DNA of 64,000 nt from Chloroflexota bacterium (GCA_964291655.2 OZ219802.1:800001-864000), one strand, 5' to 3'; counted from the first letter of the stretch, positions 20,324 to 29,570 are shown. The notes: generated from the sequence alone by a model not told the origin. Made by a program: numbers and translations.

Positions 20324-21079
20324 ATGCTTGTTGACGTTGGCATTGCATTTGGCGCCGGCATTCTCTCATTTTTATCGCCCTGTTTTCTCCCCCTGGTACC
20401 GGCATATCTTGTCTATCTCGGTGGCCGCCACGTCAACGCGGTCCGCCACGAAAAGTCTGCCCAACGGGCCGTCCTCATCAACGCGCTGGCCTTTATACTG
20501 GGCTTCGGCACCATCTTCGTCGCCCTCGGCATTGCTATCACGTTTGTTGGCCTTGCCTTTCAGCAAGGTCTTCCCACGATGCGGCTTGTCGGTGGCGCGC
20601 TTCTCGTCATCTTTGGGCTTAGCTTTCTGGGATTCCTGCGTATTCCGTGGCTCCAGCAGATTTTGCAACGGGAAGTCTCGCTCCGCAATACACCGCTGGG
20701 CCGCATAGACACGGAGAAAACCGGTCCGATCACATCTTTCCTGATCGGCCTGGTCTTTGGCACCGGCTGGACGCCGTGCGTGGGGCCGATTCTGGGCGCC
20801 ATTTTGCTCCAGGCATCCGGCGCTGACACGGTGGCCCGCGGCGGAATCTTGCTGGCAATCTACGCATTGGGAATGGGCATCCCGTTTCTCGCGATGGCCG
20901 CCGCCGTGGAGCGCGCTGCATCCCTCATGAACTGGCTCAAGTCCCACATGCTCGTAGTTGAGCGCACAAGCGGAGTCTTCTTGATCTTGATGGGAATTGC
21001 TGTGGCAACGAATTTCCTGGCGATGCTGTCTGGAGTTCTCGGCTTTTTCTCATTAGAAATCTTGGCATTTGAGCGTTAG
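20324..21079 (+). CDS. ccdA: CcdA-type transmembrane thiol-disulfide electron transporter
   Basis: SFLSPCFLPLVPAY and GWTPCVGPILGAIL (both redox Cys intact), ~6 TM helices; alternative start at 20282. Confidence 0.93.
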   Translation: MLVDVGIAFGAGILSFLSPCFLPLVPAYLVYLGGRHVNAVRHEKSAQRAVLINALAFILGFGTIFVALGIAITFVGLAFQQGLPTMRLVGGALLVIFGLSFLGFLRIPWLQQILQREVSLRNTPLGRIDTEKTGPITSFLIGLVFGTGWTPCVGPILGAILLQASGADTVARGGILLAIYALGMGIPFLAMAAAVERAASLMNWLKSHMLVVERTSGVFLILMGIAVATNFLAMLSGVLGFFSLEILAFER

Positions 21080-21318
21080 CATGAGTGATGGCGACAGGAA
21101 GATTGTTACACTCGATCCTTGGGGCTCGCCTTATGCTTCGAAGTGCGAGCACGGGTTGCGGCAAAGCATCCGATCCAACGCCGTCGCCGCAGCTCATGGC
21201 AGCGCCGAAAACGAAGGCCGTCTCGCGATGACGGCGAGTTGAAGCAGGCAGATTCCCAAGCATTTCGGTTTTTGCGGGGATAGTATTCGGGGATAGTACC
21301 AGCAAAGGGAGGAGACCT

Positions 21319-21984
21319 ATGCGACGACGTTCTGTATGCGCATTGCTGTTCAGCGGCGCGTCCGTAGCCGCGCTCGCGGCGTGCGGCGGCGGCTCAACGC
21401 TGCTCGATACGCAAGAGGAGCCCGCGCCGGCGAAGGAAGAGGCCAAGGCCGAGCCGACCGCTGCTCCGAAGGAAGCTGAGGCAACGGCTGAGCCCGAAGC
21501 GAAGGCGGAGCCTGAGCCGACGGCAGCGCCCGAACTCGACCTGCCCAACCTTGGCAAGGCGCCGGAGATTACGCTCACGCAATGGCTCAATTCCGATGCC
21601 ATTACGTTGTCCAGCTTGGAAGGCAAGGCCTCTGCCTTGATTGTCTTCTGGACCTACACCTGACCGGTGTGCCGCGGCGAAATCCCCAGTTGGGTGGATA
21701 TCCAGAACACGCTCGTTGACGACAGTTTCAAGCTCATCAGCATCCACTTCCCGGCCTTGGGCGCATCCACGGACGTGAGCGTCATTGCCGAGAAGTCCGC
21801 GGAGCTCAATGTCAATTTCCCGGTCGCAATCGATAATGACCTGTCAGCCTGGAACGACTACGGCAACAATGCCTGGCCGGTTGCCTACGCAGTCGATAAG
21901 CAAGGTGACATTCGCTTCAAGCAGGTTGGCGCCGGTATCGACTCAATCCTTGAAGTGATTGAAAAGATGAAGGCTGCGGGCTAG
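21319..21984 (+). CDS. Putative selenoprotein: lipoprotein TlpA/DipZ-like redoxin with UxxC active site (TGA 21661-21663 read as Sec), 221 aa
   Basis: Track ORFs 21319-21663 and 21667-21984 are in frame, joined by TGA-CCG. Read-through gives FWTYT-U-PVC-RGEIP, ISIHFP, FPVAIDND, YGNNAWP, VDKQGDIRF. MRRRS...LAAC signal; GGGAGG RBS. Confidence 0.85.
21679..21702 (+). promoter_or_regulatory. Candidate bacterial SECIS hairpin
   Basis: GAAAUCCCC-AGUUG-GG-U-GGAUAUC: AUCC/GGAU plus CC/GG stem, bulged U, apical GU 25 nt after UGA; conserved in the paralogue. Confidence 0.6.
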
Positions 21985-22020
21985 CGTACCTGCTGATTCT
22001 TAGACATCGGTCGAAACAAG

Positions 22021-22065
22021 CAAGCCGTCTGCGGTGTGCTCATCACACCGCAGACGGCTTGTTTT
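22021..22065. terminator. Intrinsic (probably bidirectional) terminator between the convergent redoxin genes
   Basis: Perfect 18-bp stem caagccgtctgcggtgtg/cacaccgcagacggcttg, 5-nt loop, followed by TTTT. Confidence 0.8.
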
Positions 22066-22174
22066 AAGTGTGCGGCAAGCCCACATGCCGAATTCTTGCC
22101 GCTGCCTCTTAAAAGCAGTGACCTGCGCCTGCAATGTGCGTCCTCGAACGACCGAGGAGCTTCTGCTTCAATAG

Positions 22175-22214
22175 ATACAGTACCCAGTGTTCATGTGAAC
22201 ACTGGGTACTGTAT
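22175..22214. repeat. Perfect palindrome with 19-bp arms (terminator or protein-binding site)
   Basis: atacagtacccagtgttca-tg-tgaacactgggtactgtat. Confidence 0.7.
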
Positions 22215-22272
22215 TCGTGTCTCTGCGACAGCTTTGCCGGAATCTAGAACAAGCGGATAGCGACACTGCCGC

Positions 22273-22944
22273 TTAGCCCAACTCCTTGAGTTGCTTCACG
22301 GCATCAACCACCAGTTCGAAGTTGCCGCCGCCGAACTTTGCAAAGCGTATATTGCCCTGCCGATCAATGCCGTAGAATGCCGGCCACGTGCGGGTGCCAT
22401 AGGCGTTCCAAAGCACCTCATCGTTGTCGACAACCACCGGATAGTTGACGCCGAGGGCGTCGGCCCGCTCCTTAATGCCGCTGATGTCTCGGGAAGAACC
22501 GGCGTGCGGAAAGTGCACGGAGATCAGCTTGAAGCGGTCATCGTGGTAGGTATTGAAGAGATCCACCAAACTGGGGATTTCGCTGCGGCAGACCGGTCAG
22601 GTGTACGTCCAAAACACAATCATGGCAGCGGCCTTGCCTTCCAAACTTGCCATGGTGATGGGCTCGGAGTTGAACCAGCCGGTGAGCGTAATTTCCGGCG
22701 CCTTGCCAAGATTGGGCATATCGAGCGTGGGTGCTGCGGTGGCGGCCGGCTGTGCCTCCGTTTTGCTATCAGCCTTTGCTTCTTCTTGCGCCGGAGCGGC
22801 TGTTGGCTGCGCCGCGGAATCTTGCGCAGAGCTTGCGGGTGCCTCGTCCTCGGTATCCAGCAATGAAGACCCACCGCCACATGCTGCGAGCGCGGCTGCG
22901 GACGTGCTGCTTAACAGTAGAGAGCAAACTGAACGTCGTCGCAT
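22273..22944 (-). CDS. Putative selenoprotein paralogue: lipoprotein TlpA/DipZ-like redoxin with UxxC (TGA at 22599-22597), 223 aa
   Basis: Track ORFs 22597-23031 and 22273-22569 are in frame. Read-through gives FWTYT-U-PVC-RSEIP, ISVHFP, YPVVVDND, YGTRTWP, IDRQGNIRF. MRRRS...LAAC start at 22944. Confidence 0.85.
22558..22581 (-). promoter_or_regulatory. Candidate bacterial SECIS hairpin (second copy)
   Basis: GAAAUCCCCA-GUU-UGG-U-GGAUCUC at identical spacing from UGA. Confidence 0.6.
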
Positions 22945-23198
22945 GCCTATCCTCACCTTTCTCTTTCGTGTAGGTTTGCTGCCGCAATTCCTCGACGCAC
23001 CTCGTACCGGAAAACTGCTCTGCCGGCACAATCGCGCTTGGCGTTGCGACTATCGCTCTTCGCTTACTTCTATCCTAAACGAGTACAAGATGGAACTTCC
23101 ACCCCCACTCCCCCCCTACACCTTGACGACAAACAATTGCGAATTACCTGTGATAGTCTTGTCCAAATAGCAAGCGTAGCGTCCAGGAGTCCCGCACA

Positions 23199-24497
23199 AT
23201 GGACAACACCACTCTCCCCCAACCGGAACCGACGCCCGGCAATACCGCCTGGTGGACCCATGACCGCTTCGGCCTCTTCATCCACTGGGGCATCTATGCT
23301 ATGGCCGCGCGCCACGAATGGGTGAAGAAATACGAGCAGATCAGCGACGCGGACTACCAGCCCTATTTCGACCACTTCGACCCCGATCTCTACGATCCCA
23401 AGGCCTGGGCGCGAACCGCGCGAGAGGCCGGCATGCGCTACGTCGTCCTTACCAGTAAGCACCACGACGGCTTCTGCCTGTGGGACAGCCAACTCACCGA
23501 CTACAAGGCTACAAACACCCCCGCCGGTCGTGACCTCCTGAAGCCGTACGTCGAGGCCTTCCGCGCCGAGGGACTCAAGGTCGGCTTCTACTATTCGCTG
23601 ATCGACTGGCACCATCCCGAATTTCCCGTGGACGGCGTGCATCCCCAGGCGAACGATCTTGCCTTTCGAGAGGCGACCAAAGACCGCGACGTGCGCAAGT
23701 ACGCGAAATACCTCCACGGCCAAGTGCGCGAGATCCTTACGATGTTCGGCACCATCGAACTCCTCTGGCTCGACTTCTCTTATTCACAGCAAGACTACGG
23801 CTGGAGCAAGGGAAAGGGCAAAGACGACTGGCAGAGCGAGGAACTCATCCGCATGGTGCGGGAGATTAATCCCGACATCATCATCAACAACCGCAGCGAA
23901 ATCGAGCAAGACTTCCATACGCCGGAGCAATTCATCCCGCCGAGCTGGCTGCACGTGGACGGCAAGCCCGTCAACTGGGAAGCCTGCCAGACCCTCAACG
24001 GCTCCTGGGGTTACCACCGCGACAACCTGGACTGGAAGTCGCCGCAACTGCTGGTGGAGATGCTTATCGATTGCGTTTCCAAGGGCGGCAACATGCTTAT
24101 GAACGTCGGCCCTACCGGCCGCGGTGAGTTCGATCCGCGCGCGCAGGCGACGCTGGCGGAAATTGGCGCGTGGATGCGACAGCACGGGCGCGCGATCTAC
24201 GGCTGCACGCAAGCGCCGTTCACGCCGCCACGGGACTGCCGCTATACGTACAATCCCAAAACGAACCGGCTGTACCTGCACGTCTTTGCCTGGCCGCTCA
24301 AGTACCTGCACCTGCCGGGGCTGCGCAACCGCGTGCGCTACGCCCAACTCCTGAACGACGGCTCCGAGGTCAAGACCTTCGACTTCACCCAGCACCACCG
24401 CTACCCCAGCGGGGGCGAAGACCTGCTTACGTTGGAATTGCCCATCCAGAAGCCGAGCGTGCATACGCCGGTAGTTGAACTTTTCCTAGCTGATTGA
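23199..24497 (+). CDS. Alpha-L-fucosidase (GH29)
   Basis: RFGLFIHWG, TSKHHDGFCLW, YYSLIDWHHP, LWLD, SWGY, VSKGGNMLMNVGP. Confidence 0.95.
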   Translation: MDNTTLPQPEPTPGNTAWWTHDRFGLFIHWGIYAMAARHEWVKKYEQISDADYQPYFDHFDPDLYDPKAWARTAREAGMRYVVLTSKHHDGFCLWDSQLTDYKATNTPAGRDLLKPYVEAFRAEGLKVGFYYSLIDWHHPEFPVDGVHPQANDLAFREATKDRDVRKYAKYLHGQVREILTMFGTIELLWLDFSYSQQDYGWSKGKGKDDWQSEELIRMVREINPDIIINNRSEIEQDFHTPEQFIPPSWLHVDGKPVNWEACQTLNGSWGYHRDNLDWKSPQLLVEMLIDCVSKGGNMLMNVGPTGRGEFDPRAQATLAEIGAWMRQHGRAIYGCTQAPFTPPRDCRYTYNPKTNRLYLHVFAWPLKYLHLPGLRNRVRYAQLLNDGSEVKTFDFTQHHRYPSGGEDLLTLELPIQKPSVHTPVVELFLAD

Positions 24498-24808
24498 TAG
24501 ACTATGCGCATCGGCAGTCTAAGCATCTTGACGTGAACAGTGTGCCCTTGCCGGCGCCGGATTTTAGTCGCGTTAAGAGCTGCGGCACAGGGGGGCTCCC
24601 CCCCCCCCCGACTGTTGTCAATGCGTTGCGCGGGGGCTAGTCCCCCCGCTCCGTGGCACTGTTGGCACCGTGTAGCGCGGGGGGCTTGTCCCCCGCTCCG
24701 TGGTGCAAAGCGCGGCACATATTCACGCAAGGTGCCTAGTGTCCAGTCAAGTGCCGATAGTGTATGGTTCGACATAGTTTGCGCACTGCGCAAGAAGGGG
24801 GTTCCAAT

Positions 24809-26221
24809 ATGGACGCTCGGAATATAGCCGTATGCGGTCTACGTCGCCGCGACCTTTTGCAGTATTCAGTCATTTCCGCGGGAGCGATCGGACTCGCCGC
24901 CTGCGGCACGGTGACCACTGCTCCCGCTTCAGCGCCGGAACAAGCCGCCGAAGCAGAGGAGCCAGCAAAGGCCGAGGAAGCGCCCAAAGAGGCGGAACCG
25001 GTCACCATCCAGTACTACACGGCGCTCAACGACCGCCAGCAGGAGCTCTATCCCACGATGGTCGTGGATGAGTTTCAAGCCGCGTTCCCCGGCATTCAGG
25101 TCGAGACGGTCCTACGCGAGGGGCCCTTTTACGACAAGCTCCACGCGCTCGTTGCCGCCGGTGAGCCGCCGGACACTTCATGGTTTTCCTATCCTGAGGC
25201 GTACTTGCGCGGCGTCTTCACCCACGTAACCGATTATGTAAAGCGAGACAACTACGATATCAGCGTCTTTCCCGCAGGCGCCATGAAGACCCTCGCCATG
25301 TGGCAGGGCGACGTGCTCGGTCTGCCCAACCAGTCGGGCGGCTCATGGCCGGTGATGCCGTATAACAAGGAAATTCTGGCCAGTGAAGGCATCAGCGATC
25401 CACCACTCACGTGGACGGATGATAGCTGGAACGCCGAAGCCTGGCTGGAAGCCTTGCAGAAGGTCGCGAAGTGGGAAGGCGACAACCCCACGCGCTTTGG
25501 CATCAACGGCATTGGCGCGGGCGTGATGGTCTACTGGGGCCCCATGTGGGCCGGCAGTTGGGTGAGTGAAGACCTCAAGTCGGTCACGTGCGATAGCGAG
25601 GAGATGATCGCCGGCATCCAGTACATTACGGATCTCGTGGCGCGCTATCGCGTCATGGACAAGCCCGGCCAACTCAATGAGGTCTTCGGCACCGGCAACG
25701 CCCGCGACCTCTTCTTCGACGGCAAGCTGGCCTTCTTCCGCACCTCAGGCGGCCAGACCTTTGCCGTGGCCGAGGCCGTGAAGGACGGCAAGCCCTACGG
25801 ATTCGCGCCCATTCCCAAATTTGGCATTGTCGGTTCGGGTCAAGCCGTCGACCCCAACGGCATCATTAACGGCGCCAAGCACCCCGACGAGGGCTGGGAA
25901 TTCATCAAGTGGCAAGCCGATACGCCCAACTGGGCGATTACGCGCGGCAATGCGCCTTCACGCCAAGACCACTTCGATGCCTGGGGCGAGGCGGTGTACG
26001 GCGGTTTTGCGGAGGAAGCTCGGGTTGAAGTGTACCGCGAATCCCTGGCGCACGCGGTTACCATCGATCCCGTCTTCTCCTTGCCCAACTGGCGTATCCC
26101 CATCTGGCGGGATATGGTCGGCCCGGCCATGACCAAGCTCTACAACGGCGAAGGCGACGTGAAGGAGACCTTGGAACAGCTCAAGGTCCAGATCGAAGGC
26201 GAGATGCCGGAGGTCGAGTAG
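24809..26221 (+). CDS. Extracellular solute-binding lipoprotein (family 1), Tat-like signal
   Basis: LRRRDLL...LAACG, acidic linker, LVAAGEPPD, YNKEIL, EGWEFIKW. Confidence 0.87.
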   Translation: MDARNIAVCGLRRRDLLQYSVISAGAIGLAACGTVTTAPASAPEQAAEAEEPAKAEEAPKEAEPVTIQYYTALNDRQQELYPTMVVDEFQAAFPGIQVETVLREGPFYDKLHALVAAGEPPDTSWFSYPEAYLRGVFTHVTDYVKRDNYDISVFPAGAMKTLAMWQGDVLGLPNQSGGSWPVMPYNKEILASEGISDPPLTWTDDSWNAEAWLEALQKVAKWEGDNPTRFGINGIGAGVMVYWGPMWAGSWVSEDLKSVTCDSEEMIAGIQYITDLVARYRVMDKPGQLNEVFGTGNARDLFFDGKLAFFRTSGGQTFAVAEAVKDGKPYGFAPIPKFGIVGSGQAVDPNGIINGAKHPDEGWEFIKWQADTPNWAITRGNAPSRQDHFDAWGEAVYGGFAEEARVEVYRESLAHAVTIDPVFSLPNWRIPIWRDMVGPAMTKLYNGEGDVKETLEQLKVQIEGEMPEVE

Positions 26222-26270
26222 CTACGTATTCGCACTTGCCAGACCTAGCTGCCGGCAAATGAATCGCAGA

Positions 26271-26390
26271 CTAGTGGTCCAACACGATTGTATTGATGGG
26301 TGGCGTAGTCCCTTCGACAAGCTCAGGACACGTTTGTAACCAGTGCTACTGGCGCTCCTACCCATCAATACAAAAGTGTCGAACCTCTAG
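26271..26390. mobile_element. 120-bp CTAG-bounded MITE-like element
   Basis: Imperfect ~30-nt terminal IRs (ctagtggtccaacac..tgtattgatggg / cccatcaataca..gtgtcgaacctctag); relative in opposite orientation at 46768-47044. Confidence 0.6.
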
Positions 26391-26566
26391 CTAAGACGGC
26401 AAATCCGTCAAACACATAGGAGCGTCGCTGAGGATAGGGATGCGCTTGCATCCCTATCCCAGCACCGAAAACTGCCAGTCTTGACTGAGAAAGGAGGCAT
26501 GCAAAGCAAGAGCGACGGCTGCAAGAAGAGCGTTGTCTGATTCTTGACTCTTGGAGGTTAGATGTC

Positions 26567-27979
26567 ATGACGAAACGCAATCTCCAACACGCCACACTAT
26601 TGCGCCGCGACCTGCTCAGGGGTTTCGGCGGCCTCGGCGCCGCCGGAATCCTCGCCGCTTGCGGCACTGTCGCAACGGCCCCGGCCGCGCAGCCGGAACA
26701 AGCCGCCGAAGAAGAAGCCCCCGCTAAGACCGAAGAAGCGCCAGCGCCGGCGGAACGCGTGACGGTTAGTCACTACGTGGCCCTCAATGCGCGACATCTC
26801 GAACTCTATCCCACCCTCATCGAAGAACCCTTCGAGAATGACCATCCAAACATCGACCTCGAGACCATCCTCAGAGAAGGGCCATACTACGATAAATTCA
26901 ACACTCTGGTGGCTGCCGGTGAGCCGCCTGACGTGCTCTGGCTCTCACAGACCGAAGTCTTCAACCAAGGCCATACCATTGACGTAGGGCCGCTGATCAA
27001 GCGCGACAACTATGATCTCAGCATCTACCCGCAGCAACTCTTCCGCGACGGCGTCATGTACGAGGAAAACGTCTTGGGTCTGCCGAACCAATCGGGCGGC
27101 AACTGGCCGGTGATGCCGTACAACAAAGAAATCCTGGCAAACGCGGGTGTTTCTGATCCGCCGGTGGAATGGGGCGACCCAAGCTGGAACGCGGAGACGT
27201 TCTTGGAAGCCCTGGTGAAGACCACCCAGCGCGAGGGCGAGAATCCGCTCCACTTCGGCATCGGCAACATCGGCCGCGGCGTGATTGCGGCGAACTGGGG
27301 GCCGTTCTGGGGCGCCCGCTGGGTCGCGGAAGACTTCAAGACCGTGGTCTGTGATTCGCCTGAGATGATCGACGCCATCCGTTACCTCACCGATCTGTCG
27401 TCAAAGCACCGCGTGATGCCTGTGCCAGGCGAACTCAACGACACCTTCGGCACCGGCAACACCCGCAATAACTTCCTCAACGGCAAACTCGCGTTCTTGC
27501 AGACCTCCGGCGGCGGCACGTTTGCCATCGCCCAAGGCGTGCAGGAAGGCAAGCCGTTTGCCTATGCGCCGCTGCCTACGTTCATGCACGCCGCCTCGGC
27601 GCAGGCGCTCGACTCCAACGGCCTGATTGGCGCGAGCAAGGTGCAGGACGAGGGCTGGGAACTCATCAAGTGGCATGCCACGCATCCCAACTGGGCCATC
27701 GGCCGCGGCAATGCGCCGGCGCGTCTCGATCACTTTGAAGTGTGGGCCCGCGAACTCTACGGCGGCGACGTGGCCGAGAAGATTCGCGTAGAAGCCTATG
27801 CCAACTCGCTGGCAAACGCGAGCCGATACGACGGCTTGCGGGTGCTGCCCAACTGGCGTAATCCCATCTTCGATCAGATCATCACACCCGCTCTGGACGC
27901 GCTCTATCGCGGCCAAGGCGACGTGGTGGAGACGATGAACGCCTTGCGGCAGCAGATTCAGGCTGAGATTCCCGAGTAG
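26567..27979 (+). CDS. Extracellular solute-binding lipoprotein, tandem paralogue of 24809-26221
   Basis: Shared blocks LREGP.YDK, VLGLPNQSGG.WPVMPYNKEILA, FGTGN, RGNAP, LPNWR. Confidence 0.87.
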   Translation: MTKRNLQHATLLRRDLLRGFGGLGAAGILAACGTVATAPAAQPEQAAEEEAPAKTEEAPAPAERVTVSHYVALNARHLELYPTLIEEPFENDHPNIDLETILREGPYYDKFNTLVAAGEPPDVLWLSQTEVFNQGHTIDVGPLIKRDNYDLSIYPQQLFRDGVMYEENVLGLPNQSGGNWPVMPYNKEILANAGVSDPPVEWGDPSWNAETFLEALVKTTQREGENPLHFGIGNIGRGVIAANWGPFWGARWVAEDFKTVVCDSPEMIDAIRYLTDLSSKHRVMPVPGELNDTFGTGNTRNNFLNGKLAFLQTSGGGTFAIAQGVQEGKPFAYAPLPTFMHAASAQALDSNGLIGASKVQDEGWELIKWHATHPNWAIGRGNAPARLDHFEVWARELYGGDVAEKIRVEAYANSLANASRYDGLRVLPNWRNPIFDQIITPALDALYRGQGDVVETMNALRQQIQAEIPE

Positions 27980-28137
27980 CCTAGCTGTCCGATGTGTCGA
28001 CATTCGTGGCGACTGACGCATCTGCTCTTCTAGAGAGCGGGGAGCATCGCCGCAGGCGACCGACAGTAGTTCGTTTGCTAAGAGAATAGGAGGGGTACGG
28101 GGTGCCGTGCCCCTCCGTCGTAGAAAGGCGGCGCCGC

Positions 28138-29400
28138 ATGTCTGTGTCCGTAGATCAACTAGCCGTCGCTGGCGGGACGCCGGTGCGTAATACCAAAGAG
28201 CGCCCATGGCCTTCCTGGCCTCTGGCTACCGAGGAGGATATCGCCGCTGTGGCCGCCGTGCTGCGCAGCGGCAAGTGGAACCGCTGGCGCAGCGATCGCG
28301 TTGAGGCGCTGGAAGAAGCGCTTAGGGAATTTACCGGCGCGGACCATGTGGTGGCGTTGGCGAGCGGCACGGCGGGATTGGAGGTCGCACTCAAGGCGGC
28401 GGGCGTGCGGCCCGGCGACGAGGTCATTCTGCCCGCCTATACCTACATAGCTACGGCCACGGCAGTGCTGCAAGTGGGCGGTGTGCCGGTCTTTGCCGAC
28501 ATCATCCCGGAAACGGAAAACGTCGACCCCGCCTCGATGGAATCTCTCATCACCGACCGGACCCGCACGCTGCTGCCAGTGCATGTTTCCGGCTTGCCCT
28601 GCGATATGACGGCCATCACTGCGCTCGCGGCACACCACGGTTTCCGCGTCATTGAAGACACCGCCCAGGGCATCGGCGGGACGTGGAACGGGCGCCGTCT
28701 CGGCACGATTGGGGACGCGGGCGCGTATTCGTTCCAAGCCAGCAAGAACCTGCCCGGCGGCGAGGGCGGCGCCGTGATCACCAACGACCCGGAACTCGCC
28801 GAAAAGGCGTTCAAGCTCATGCACATCAACTATGAGGTGCTGGGCTGGAACTACCGGCTTACGGCCATGACAGCAGCGTTGATTCTGTCGCAACTGGAGC
28901 GCTTTCCTGACCTCCAAGCCCGCCGCCAGGCGAATGCCGACTTCCTGCGCGAGTCCTTGGCGGAGATTCCGGGCATCGCGCCCACACGCGTAGACCCGTA
29001 TGTGACCGCTGACGGTCTGCACGGACTGGGCGTGCGCTACATCAGCGTGGAGTTCAGTGATGGCGCTGCCGTGCCGCGCGGCGCTTTCATCAAGGCTCTC
29101 CACGCGGAAGGCATTCCCTGCGCTCTGGGGTACGGCGATCCGGTTCACAAGTCGCCGCTCTTTCAAGAGGCGCACACGCGATTGCGCGACCACTGTCCCG
29201 CTGCCTGCGACCATCCTGCAATGGAGCGCATGGACTATACTAAAGTCCAACTGCCGAACGTGGAACGCCTCTGCGCCAAAGAGGCCCTGCGCTTCAACCA
29301 ACCGCTCCTGCTCGGCACGCGTGCGGACATGCAGGACATCGTGGACGCCGTGGTTAAGATACACGCGAACCAAGAAAACCTCGCCACTATAGCAAACTAA
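28138..29400 (+). CDS. DegT/DnrJ/EryC1/StrS family PLP aminotransferase
   Basis: SGTAGL, GDEVILPAYTYIAT, IEDTAQ, SFQASKNLPGGEGG. Confidence 0.92.
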   Translation: MSVSVDQLAVAGGTPVRNTKERPWPSWPLATEEDIAAVAAVLRSGKWNRWRSDRVEALEEALREFTGADHVVALASGTAGLEVALKAAGVRPGDEVILPAYTYIATATAVLQVGGVPVFADIIPETENVDPASMESLITDRTRTLLPVHVSGLPCDMTAITALAAHHGFRVIEDTAQGIGGTWNGRRLGTIGDAGAYSFQASKNLPGGEGGAVITNDPELAEKAFKLMHINYEVLGWNYRLTAMTAALILSQLERFPDLQARRQANADFLRESLAEIPGIAPTRVDPYVTADGLHGLGVRYISVEFSDGAAVPRGAFIKALHAEGIPCALGYGDPVHKSPLFQEAHTRLRDHCPAACDHPAMERMDYTKVQLPNVERLCAKEALRFNQPLLLGTRADMQDIVDAVVKIHANQENLATIAN

Positions 29401-29570
29401 GTCTCTTGCCGCGGAGCAATCATTCGCTACGCCCTGCCCTTCGACAGGCTCAGGGCGAACGGAGAGAGCCGCCAATTTCCAACTGCAAGTTGGCGTTTTC
29501 TCCAAAACTGAGTTTCGCCCTTCCTGAGAACGGTAGCAGGTGGATGCACAGAATAGTATCGGCAGTCATC

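Noticed and set aside
21661-21663. Genome-wide TGA reassignment (Trp/Gly, code 4 or 25)
   Set aside because: TGA terminates several well-defined genes here, Trp is encoded by TGG, and no other gene shows an internal TGA.
21319-22944. Four separate small genes, or two nonsense pseudogenes
   Set aside because: The halves are in frame, the TGA sits at the CxxC Cys position in both diverged paralogues, and the downstream frames are intact.
28159-29505. Long antisense ORFs (this one; also 11211-12320, 994-1929 and 61761-62684)
   Set aside because: Shadow frames of well-supported genes in GC-rich DNA with no independent motifs.
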